Assembly (NCBI GenBank): GCA_964592405.1
Contig: CAZQBY010000009.1
Span: forward strand, 3,585-19,986
Reading direction: 5' to 3'
Length of the DNA stretch: 16,402 nt
Origin: an uncultured archaeon
Lineage (GTDB): Archaea; Altiarchaeota; Altiarchaeia; JAFGQM01
Within the stretch, counting starts at the first letter, position 1. Each line of letters begins with the position of its first letter. Made by a program: the position numbers and the translations under genes. Shown in pieces: positions 1 to 6,813 of this stretch. The notes below the pieces were generated by a model. That model did not search any database and was not told the DNA's origin. It was given only the letters and a program-made list of their open reading frames with translations.

Positions 1-17
1 AACTTCTCAGATTACGT

Positions 18-1082
18 ATGAAAACCATCCGCGACCCGATTCACGGAGACATCGAGCTTTCAGAGGCGGAGCTGGCGGTGGTGGATACCCCTGCCTTCCA
101 GCGCCTGCGCAGGATAAGGCAGCTCTCCTTCTGCTCGCTTGTGTATCCCGGTGCCAACCACACCCGCTTTGAGCACTCGCTTGGGACGATGCACCTGGCC
201 GGCAGGATTGCACGCAGACTAGGACTGGAAGAAGAACCGCTCCGCATGGCCGGGCTTGTGCATGACTTGGGCCATATCCCGTTTAGCCACTCCCTAGAGG
301 GGGTGTTCAATACCAGCCATGAGAGGAACCTAAAACTGGTCATGAAGGGCGAGGTCGGGGATATAATAAATGACAGTGGTTTTGATGTCAGGAAGATTCT
401 CAATCTTGTGAGGGGCAGGGGCCCGGGCAAGATTATCTCATCAGAAATAGACGCGGACCGCATGGATTATCTCCTGCGTGATTCCCACTACACAGGTGTT
501 GCCTATGGTGTCATCGATGCTGACCGCATAATCAATGTCATTGGTTTTGACGGCAGAGAAGTCTTCTTCCACAAGAAGGGCCTGATAGCCTTGGAGGCCC
601 TCCTCATCGGCAGGAACCAGATGTATGAGGCCGTCTATTTCCACCACACAGTGCGCATAGCAGATACCATGCTACAAGAGGCCATGAGACGGATAGCGGA
701 CAAAATAACTATCGGGCAGCTCCTCAGGATGGGGGATGATGATTTGAGGTTCTTTGCCAAACAGGACAGAGTGGCAAGTGAGCTTCTGGAGCTTCTGGAC
801 AGGCGCCGGCTCTACAAAACAGCCTTCTCGGTGAGAGGTGGTATAGATAGGCAGATACTCCTCGACAAAAGTGGACTGAAGCCTCACCAGTTGCTGATCA
901 GTAGTATCAGGCTCACAGGTCTTGAATTCTCCATATTAATCAAGGATGATTCGGAGCTGAAAGAGATAAGCAGGGTCTCAAGGATAGCCAAAGAGCTCAG
1001 GGAGGAAATAAAGAATCTTGAGGAGACTGAGGTCTATGTACCTCCGCAGTACAAAGATAAGCTGAAGTTCTCTGGAAAATAA
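18..1082 (+). CDS. HD-domain metal-dependent phosphohydrolase (COG1078 / SAMHD1-like dNTP triphosphohydrolase family)
   Basis: Family motifs IRDPIHG, FQRLRRIRQL, YPGANHTRFEHSLG, HDLGHIPFSH, DADRMDYLLRD and VYFHHTVR; 354 aa. Confidence 0.93.
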   Translation: MKTIRDPIHGDIELSEAELAVVDTPAFQRLRRIRQLSFCSLVYPGANHTRFEHSLGTMHLAGRIARRLGLEEEPLRMAGLVHDLGHIPFSHSLEGVFNTSHERNLKLVMKGEVGDIINDSGFDVRKILNLVRGRGPGKIISSEIDADRMDYLLRDSHYTGVAYGVIDADRIINVIGFDGREVFFHKKGLIALEALLIGRNQMYEAVYFHHTVRIADTMLQEAMRRIADKITIGQLLRMGDDDLRFFAKQDRVASELLELLDRRRLYKTAFSVRGGIDRQILLDKSGLKPHQLLISSIRLTGLEFSILIKDDSELKEISRVSRIAKELREEIKNLEETEVYVPPQYKDKLKFSGK

Positions 1083-1098
1083 CACAATGGAGTCAGAG

Positions 1099-1130
1099 TA
1101 AGGCCGGCCGCCTGTGCTAGACCGACCTTA
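1099..1130 (-). terminator. Stem-loop beginning at the stop codon of the small minus-strand ORF, between convergent genes
   Basis: Minus strand reads TAAGGTCGGTC-TAGCACAGGC-GGCCGGCCTTA: an 11-bp stem with two G-U pairs. These are wobble pairs on the minus strand but mismatches on the plus strand. Confidence 0.45.
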
Positions 1131-1310
1131 GTCCAGACCCCTCATTAATTCCTCCAGTCGTTTGGCATCCGGATATGTTCCCCTAAAGAGGGAACCTACA
1201 GAATTCCTCCGGAGCCTAGAAAGTGCCCATCTCAGGCTGATGCCCTCTTTAGGCTTTTGCTCATGCACAAGCTCCAGTTGAAACTCCTCATTGAGTGCCT
1301 GTAGTGACAT
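1128..1310 (-). CDS. Small hypothetical protein (60 aa, MSLQALNEEF...LMRGLD)
   Basis: GGAGG Shine-Dalgarno (1315-1319) just upstream of ATG 1310, TTTTATAT TATA-like box near 1355-1362, and a hairpin after the stop. The ORF track's start at 1427 runs through AT-rich promoter-like DNA. Confidence 0.6.
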   Translation of the reverse strand: MSLQALNEEFQLELVHEQKPKEGISLRWALSRLRRNSVGSLFRGTYPDAKRLEELMRGLD

Positions 1311-1426
1311 AGTTCCTCCAGTTGGGTCAAAGAGGGATGTAATAGAAGAATGGGATATAAAAGCATAAAAAGCAACCCAATGTTGAAGCCAATTCTGGTG
1401 GGATTTAAAATATGTTTTCAAAAACA

Positions 1427-1870
1427 TTAATTCCTTCTGAAGAAGAGCCAGTTTTTTTCTCCCGCCCGTCTGAATCTGATAAGGGCGTAGGCTCCTTTCA
1501 TTTTTCGTCCCCTAAGAACAAACTCGATTTTATCCTCATCGGCTTTCTCTATCTCTACTGTGCCCCTGTCCCATATCTTCACGGTTCCTGCCCCATAATG
1601 CCCCTCGGGTATCCTACCTTCAAAATTGGCATAATCGAGCGGATGATCTTCAGTCTGGACTGCCAGCCGCTTTATACCTACCTCCACGGGTGGCTCCTTT
1701 GGAACTGCCCAGGATTTCAGGACGCCGTTCATCTCCAGCCTCAGATCCCAGTGGAGATGCGAAGCATTGTGTTCTTGGATGACAAAAATGCGTTTTTTGC
1801 CGGGCCTTCCGCCTACCGGCTCAGGAGAACTCCTACGGCGTTTCCTTTTATAGTCGGCCAGTTTGTCCAC
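1427..1870 (-). CDS. Stand-alone LigD-type 3'-phosphoesterase (PE domain, DNA end-healing)
   Basis: Motifs FVIQEHNASHLHWDLRLE, LKSWAVPKEP, RLAVQTEDHPLDYANFEGRIPEGHYGAGTVKIWDRG. Likely GTG start at 1870 (147 aa), with TTATATA about 30 nt upstream. Confidence 0.92.
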   Translation of the reverse strand: MDKLADYKRKRRRSSPEPVGGRPGKKRIFVIQEHNASHLHWDLRLEMNGVLKSWAVPKEPPVEVGIKRLAVQTEDHPLDYANFEGRIPEGHYGAGTVKIWDRGTVEIEKADEDKIEFVLRGRKMKGAYALIRFRRAGEKNWLFFRRN

Positions 1871-1919
1871 TATGTTTTTTGTGGATTTTTTATGGGTTGG
1901 TATATAAGAAAAAGCAAAA

Positions 1920-2651
1920 ATGATAAAAAATAAATCAGGGATCATTCTTGATGAAAGAAAACTTGTAGCAGTTGTTACACTGGCTGTCATCCTCTCTGTG
2001 GGAATTCTGATTGTGCAACAGGGATCTATTGGATACTGCGGTGATGGTTTTTGTTCGACTGATGAAACGCCAGTTTCTTGTGCCAGAGATTGTGGGGGGA
2101 GGCCGGACACCTCCAAGGCAGAGACTCCCTCCCAACCCCCTGAGACTGTGAAGACCGGGGTAGAGCAGCCAGCTGAGCCGCCGGGGGAACAGCCATCACA
2201 AGAACATTCTGCCACTCCTGATGAAAGACCGTCATATCAGCATAATCCTGACAGGGAGCTGAATGAGAATATATTTGAAGACACCATAGGCGTTGAGCAG
2301 GAGGATGCCTATAAGAAACAGGGATATGTAATAGTCAGATATTTTTATAATACCAACTGCTTGCTCTGCACAAATCCAGTCAAATGGGATGAGGTGTTGA
2401 TGGAGCTCGCCAGAGAGATGAATGACGTGATCATCCTTGAGATGTTTGACAGCTCCCGAAAACAGTGGGCTAAGGAGAGGTGGGGTAAGGCAGGTATTGA
2501 TGTGATTGAAGACCCGGTCATCCGTATAGAGGGTATGCCCGGAGGCAAGCATGCCTACAAGATCCTCTATGGCAATCCGCTAACAGAGCTCTTTGGAGCA
2601 CCCAAGGAGAGGCTGGTTGAACAGATATGTGAATATACTGATGTCTGCTGA
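1920..2651 (+). CDS. Membrane-anchored exported protein: Cys module, Pro/Glu linker and thioredoxin-like CxxC domain
   Basis: N-terminal hydrophobic helix (LVAVVTLAVILSVGILIV), CGDGFCSTDETPVSCARDCG module, P/E/Q-rich linker, then YFYNTNCLLC and EDPVIRI (putative cis-Pro). Confidence 0.72.
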   Translation: MIKNKSGIILDERKLVAVVTLAVILSVGILIVQQGSIGYCGDGFCSTDETPVSCARDCGGRPDTSKAETPSQPPETVKTGVEQPAEPPGEQPSQEHSATPDERPSYQHNPDRELNENIFEDTIGVEQEDAYKKQGYVIVRYFYNTNCLLCTNPVKWDEVLMELAREMNDVIILEMFDSSRKQWAKERWGKAGIDVIEDPVIRIEGMPGGKHAYKILYGNPLTELFGAPKERLVEQICEYTDVC

Positions 2652-2688
2652 GCACCAGAGTCTGATATGTGCCGGTGTGCCAAAGAGC

Positions 2689-3945
2689 TTAGAGGGAGAT
2701 TTTATTTGATGGCAACGGGACCCTCTGTGTAAGGATCTCATCCAGGGCTGTGGATTTCTTGCCCGCCAGGAGATGTAACAGGGCCCCCCCACCTGATGAA
2801 ATGTGGTCAAAACCGCTTATCTTGAGCTTCCTTATGGCTCCGGAGGTGTCCCCGCCCCCTATAACCGAATACGCGGGCGAATTGGCAATAGCGGTAAATA
2901 CCCCCCTTGTGCCGCAGGCAAATCTCGAATCTTCGAACACCCCGGCAGGCCCGTTACAGAAGACTGTTTTCATGGTGTTTATAAGGCGAGTGAATTCCTC
3001 CACAGTCTTGCTGCCTATATCCTTTATTGGATAGTTGACCGGTAGCTCATCCACATCAATCTCGACCCTCTTACCATCTTTCTCCACAGCCACATCCAGC
3101 GGGAGGTATATCTTATCCTCATTACCCTTCATAAGCTTGGCTGCTGTTTCATGTGCCTTCTCATAGCCGTTTTTGGCCAAGAAGACATCATTGGCCTTGC
3201 CCAGCTCATACCCCTTGGCCTTCAAGAAAACCATAGACGGAACGCCCGTAAGCAGGATATAATCAGCCAGATTCTTTTCAAGGGCATTTTCTATCATAAG
3301 AAAGGTGTCCTCAAGTTTTGCGCCTCCCAAAACATAACCCATTGGGGGTTGTGGATTGCCATTGACCTGCTCCACTGCCTTCAGTTCCTTCTCCATGAGC
3401 CGGGCAACAACTGATGGCAGGATGTGGGGAAAGCCCACCATTGTAGGCTGTTTGCGATGTGTGCAGGCAAATGCATCGCAGACATAGATATCTGCTACCT
3501 TGGACAGCTCCTGAACCAGCTTAGTTTTGGCCCTGTCCTCCGGCTCTCCCTTGACGTTTTCTTCCTCATGCATGCGCATATTCTCAAGAACCAGAATCTC
3601 TCCCGGCTTGAGGGCCTTGATGGCTTTTATGGCATCTTCTCCAAACCAGTCCGGAACAAACCTGACCTGCATGCCCAGAACCCTAGACAGCACCTTGGCA
3701 TGCTCCCTGAGACTTATGCAATCGGGCTTGCCAAATCTGGACTGGTGAGATATTACAACAACCTTTGCCCCCCGCTCAACCAGCTCCTTGAGGGTCTCCC
3801 GGTGAGCCTCTATTTTGAATGTTTCCTTTATCTTTTTGGTCTCCTTGTCAACCGGGACATTGAGGTCACAACGGACCAAGACTGTCTTTCCATAGACATC
3901 TACATCATCCAGTGTCAAATGTCTGGGGATATGAACTGTTATCAT
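2689..3945 (-). CDS. pgk: Phosphoglycerate kinase (archaeal type)
   Basis: VLVRCDLNVP, SHQSR, LENMR, DAFACTHR, LGGAK, DIGSKT, NGPAGVFE, GGGDT and HISSGGGA motifs. ATG 3945 is preferred over TTG 3960 because a TATA box lies about 25 nt upstream. Confidence 0.97.
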   Translation of the reverse strand: MITVHIPRHLTLDDVDVYGKTVLVRCDLNVPVDKETKKIKETFKIEAHRETLKELVERGAKVVVISHQSRFGKPDCISLREHAKVLSRVLGMQVRFVPDWFGEDAIKAIKALKPGEILVLENMRMHEEENVKGEPEDRAKTKLVQELSKVADIYVCDAFACTHRKQPTMVGFPHILPSVVARLMEKELKAVEQVNGNPQPPMGYVLGGAKLEDTFLMIENALEKNLADYILLTGVPSMVFLKAKGYELGKANDVFLAKNGYEKAHETAAKLMKGNEDKIYLPLDVAVEKDGKRVEIDVDELPVNYPIKDIGSKTVEEFTRLINTMKTVFCNGPAGVFEDSRFACGTRGVFTAIANSPAYSVIGGGDTSGAIRKLKISGFDHISSGGGALLHLLAGKKSTALDEILTQRVPLPSNKISL

Positions 3946-3968
3946 TCTATAATATAACAATGCTGGAG

Positions 3969-3980
3969 TATAAAAACCTT
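3969..3980 (-). promoter_or_regulatory. BRE/TATA promoter of pgk (AAGGTTTTTATA)
   Basis: Lies about 25 nt upstream of the pgk ATG; an identical 12-mer occurs at 6753-6764 upstream of the surface-protein gene. Confidence 0.65.
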
Positions 3981-3988
3981 ACATGAAT

Positions 3989-4054
3989 TGAATCATATTC
4001 AGGAATGATATACCTATAGAGGGCAATTAGTTGCTTCTTATTCAATTATATTGA
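3989..4054. promoter_or_regulatory. Two 5-3-5 palindromes upstream of the pgk promoter, candidate Lrp/FFRP sites
   Basis: TGAAT-CAT-ATTCA (3989-4001) and TCAAT-TAT-ATTGA (4042-4054), with an imperfect GCAATTAGTTGC (4023-4034) between them. Confidence 0.4.
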
Positions 4055-4073
4055 CAAAAACAGGATAATATTT

Positions 4074-4535
4074 TTAATCAGGGAGTAATTTGAATCTGGA
4101 AGGGTAGGTTTTAAGGACATATTTTCCCTTGGTTGCCTTGATGCCCTTAAGTGGTTCGACTGCCCTCATGAAATCCATGTAGTCGTTTGAATCCCTGCCA
4201 ACCAGCTCTACCATCAGGTCCCACTCACCCATTGTATTATAAACATTCCTCACATTCGGGTGTTTCATCAGCTCTTCTGCGATGATATCGCCCAAATATT
4301 TATCCTGCCCACGATAGGTCTGTATAAAATAGAAGGCAGAAAGTCTCTTGCCGAGTTTTTCTGCATTCAGGCGCGCCGTATATCCAGTGATGATACCCTG
4401 CCGTTCCATACGCTTTATCCTGCTGTGGATTGTGGTTGAGGACTTACCCAAGCGCTTGGCTATTTCTGTCACCTTCGGCGTCAGGGAGTAACTCTCCTGC
4501 AACTCAGAGATTATTCTCTTATCAAGTTCGTCCAT
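4074..4535 (-). CDS. Lrp/AsnC (FFRP) family transcriptional regulator
   Basis: MDELDKRIISELQ start, HTH (VTEIAKRLGKSSTTIHSRIKRMERQGIITGY) and RAM domain (VYNTMGEWDLMVEL). Start could alternatively be TTG 4562. Confidence 0.94.
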   Translation of the reverse strand: MDELDKRIISELQESYSLTPKVTEIAKRLGKSSTTIHSRIKRMERQGIITGYTARLNAEKLGKRLSAFYFIQTYRGQDKYLGDIIAEELMKHPNVRNVYNTMGEWDLMVELVGRDSNDYMDFMRAVEPLKGIKATKGKYVLKTYPSRFKLLPD

Positions 4536-4708
4536 AAGCAGATTATATTCTTCGTCAAGCAATAAAAACACTTGCGACAGAGGGTATTTTTATTTAAAAA
4601 ACCTATAAAGTAACATCCCCAACCAGAAATGCTTCTTTGCAGAATAGCGAAGGACATCTGGAAGCATAAGCAATTGTAGTAAGGGATTGGGGACAAGGAG
4701 TCAGGAAA

Positions 4709-5320
4709 ATGCAGCTGAATGATTTACATGAGCTCGTCTCCCGGCTTAAGGAAAATAAGGGAATGCAGGTGGAAACGACAACCCTTGGGCGATTCCTTGG
4801 ATCCCAAAGCTCCAAAGTGGCCTTCTATCTTGGTCGCGAATTCCTCAATCGCCCGGTCATAGTCAGTACTATGGAGGACAGGATACAGATACTTGATATC
4901 CATTCCGGGATTGTTGTTGTCATAAACAATCTGGAGGAGATGCTTCCCAAGGTAATAGAATCGTTTTCAAAGACTCGAATGGAGAAACCAAAGAGTGTGA
5001 GCTCAGTAGAAGATACAAGAGAGATGTATCAAAAAATCATAAAGAGGGAGATACGGAATAGTGCAATATCACAACAGCTCTGCGAGTTTAGGGAGATTAT
5101 GTACAAACCGGGCTCTCTGGAAGATCGCCTGAGCCTGATTGAAAGGACTATCGAGGCACTGGAAAAACACAAGGCTGCATGTGATAACGGTGAGATGGAG
5201 AAGATCGAGAAGGCTCAGGACAAATTGGGCAAGCTCATCACACATGCCAAATCAAAGAGGCTGGCTCCCGGGCAGATACCCTCGGTCTATGAAATAGCCA
5301 TCTGGTGTTGGGTGAATTAG
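4709..5320 (+). CDS. Hypothetical protein (alpha/beta N-terminus, helical/coiled-coil C-terminus)
   Basis: 203-aa ORF with AAGGAG/CAGGA purine-rich leader, normal composition and no competing long ORF; family not recognised. Confidence 0.75.
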   Translation: MQLNDLHELVSRLKENKGMQVETTTLGRFLGSQSSKVAFYLGREFLNRPVIVSTMEDRIQILDIHSGIVVVINNLEEMLPKVIESFSKTRMEKPKSVSSVEDTREMYQKIIKREIRNSAISQQLCEFREIMYKPGSLEDRLSLIERTIEALEKHKAACDNGEMEKIEKAQDKLGKLITHAKSKRLAPGQIPSVYEIAIWCWVN

Positions 5321-5328
5321 CCGGGCGT

Positions 5329-5394
5329 TGCTATTTATGCTATTTACAGCCTTTTTGTTTGAATTCTTTTGTTTGAATTCAGGAGCAAACAAAA
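5329..5394. terminator. Convergent intergenic element with tandem duplications and a hairpin, probable terminator
   Basis: TGCTATTTA x2 (5329-5346), TTTTGTTTGAATTC x2 (5353-5380), and inverted repeat TTTTGTTTG (5367-5375) / CAAACAAAA (5386-5394); T-tracts on both strands. Confidence 0.5.
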
Positions 5395-5406
5395 TTCTGT
5401 TTTGCA

Positions 5407-5886
5407 TCAGAGGGGATTTGCTCTTGGCGCACCCAAGGCATAAAGCACTTCGACAGCGAAAAGGCTCAAAAGCGTTACTATCAGACCTGCAATAATGATT
5501 CCCAATGAGATGGCCAAGAGGGACCTCTTTTTCTCCAAACCTAGGAGCCATGATATAAGAGAGCCAGTCCAGGCACCAGTTATCGGTAGGGGTATGGCTA
5601 CAAAAGCTGCCAGCCCCCAGAATCCATACTTCTCAATCTTCTTGTCAGCCTTATTACGCACACCTCCAACACACCTGGAAACGAAAGAATATCTTCCAAG
5701 TTGTGAATAAGCCCAGTCCAGCAGAAGGAGTATGGGAACAACCACTGCTATATTCGCCAGAACTGAGATGCCGAATACAGGCAATGGATCCAACCCTAAT
5801 AGGAGTATACCCACCGGTATGGCCCCTCTCAGTTCTATCCATGGAAGCATTGAAATAAGCAGGATAAGGAGGTATCCATCTATCAT
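5407..5886 (-). CDS. COG2426 / 'small multidrug export' family membrane protein
   Basis: Signatures LPWIELRGAIPVG and FVAIPLPITGAWTGSL, about 4 hydrophobic segments; 4-nt overlap with the upstream gene. Confidence 0.9.
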   Translation of the reverse strand: MIDGYLLILLISMLPWIELRGAIPVGILLLGLDPLPVFGISVLANIAVVVPILLLLDWAYSQLGRYSFVSRCVGGVRNKADKKIEKYGFWGLAAFVAIPLPITGAWTGSLISWLLGLEKKRSLLAISLGIIIAGLIVTLLSLFAVEVLYALGAPRANPL

Positions 5887-6635
5887 ATTAATCTCCCAAC
5901 TATCTCAACAGGACAGTTCACACCCTTGGCTATCCTAAGGATCTCCTTTACGTTTTTTGAGTCTACAGACAATAAAAAGTTGTCCAGGTTGCGATATCTA
6001 TGAATGCCCATCTCAAGGAGTTCATAACCGAGCCGGCTGTGCTCCGCCAGCTCCCTGGCCGTGTTTTCCAGCCCGCCCTTTGTGACATCTTTGGCTGCAT
6101 TGATCCTGATCTTCCTGATCATGCTATACCAGCACTCAAACAGCTTTTTTGCCTTCGCAAACCGCTCCTCCTGCTCGCCCCATATGGGCTCGCCCAGGAG
6201 GACCAGCTCATCGCCCTTCCTGCCCCCCGAGTCGCGTATGGGCTCGTCCAGCAGCAGCTCGCCGACGACGAATATGCTTGCCAGCGGCTCGCCCTCGAGG
6301 TTGGTGTTGCCGCCCACGATTGGCAGCCCCATCTCCATGCCCTGCCTCTTCAGGCTGCGCGCCATCTCATCCACCTCCTCCCTGGGGCCGGAGAGGGTGT
6401 CCAGGGCGAACAGCGGGCGGGCCCCCTTGACAATGATATCTGTCATTGCGTGGATAAGCGCAGACTTCATCACCAGCCGCTTCTTGTAGGGGCCATCGCA
6501 GCTGACTACCAGCCTCCGGCCGCCAAATTCCAGACAGGCAGCATCGTCCCAGTCAGATATGCCCATGACAGGCCGGCTGAGCTTGTCAAAGTCCAGAAAC
6601 AGTTCACGAAGCCATGTGATGTCAAAGGCACTCAT
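5883..6635 (-). CDS. AIR synthase-related (PurM/ThiL/SelD/HypE superfamily) ATP-dependent enzyme
   Basis: WDDAA, VVSCDG, DIIVKGARPLFALD, IVGGNT and AAKDVTKGGL motifs; substrate not assignable. Confidence 0.85.
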   Translation of the reverse strand: MSAFDITWLRELFLDFDKLSRPVMGISDWDDAACLEFGGRRLVVSCDGPYKKRLVMKSALIHAMTDIIVKGARPLFALDTLSGPREEVDEMARSLKRQGMEMGLPIVGGNTNLEGEPLASIFVVGELLLDEPIRDSGGRKGDELVLLGEPIWGEQEERFAKAKKLFECWYSMIRKIRINAAKDVTKGGLENTARELAEHSRLGYELLEMGIHRYRNLDNFLLSVDSKNVKEILRIAKGVNCPVEIVGRLI

Positions 6636-6750
6636 AATTAATTAACATTTGGCCCTATTTATATGAGTCATTTATATGCCTCTGTTTATATCCCAAAGTC
6701 TATCATGGAATCCCCATGATGATGCAATCATGAGGGCACAAACACAAACA

Positions 6751-6806
6751 GAAAGGTTTTTATAGCTGTCATCTCTAAATACTGTAACCACTGAAAGGTG
6801 GTTACA
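6751..6806 (+). promoter_or_regulatory. Promoter (GAAAGG-TTTTTATA) followed by a perfect palindrome/hairpin at the expected transcription start of the surface-protein gene
   Basis: BRE/TATA-like sequence at 6751-6764; TGTAACCAC-TGAAAG-GTGGTTACA at 6783-6806. Confidence 0.65.
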
Positions 6807-6813
6807 TATTAGG

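Noticed and set aside
18-1082. HD protein as an antiviral dNTPase defence system
   Set aside because: This family is a widespread archaeal housekeeping gene and no defence-island context is visible.
1083-1130. tRNA or other structured ncRNA in the GC-rich spacer
   Set aside because: Too short, no T-loop or cloverleaf; explained as a single hairpin.
1871-2215. Cys-rich N-terminal extension of the phosphoesterase (262-aa ORF)
   Set aside because: It is the antisense shadow of the 1920-2651 gene and crosses the promoter region; PE similarity begins near 1870.
5883-6635. Selenophosphate synthetase / selenoprotein system
   Set aside because: No SelD catalytic Cys/Sec motif, and no in-frame TGA at redox motifs in the window's genes.
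6000-6641. Plus-strand ORFs of 213, 142 and 93 aa
   Set aside because: These are antisense to the PurM-like gene in a GC-rich, stop-poor patch.
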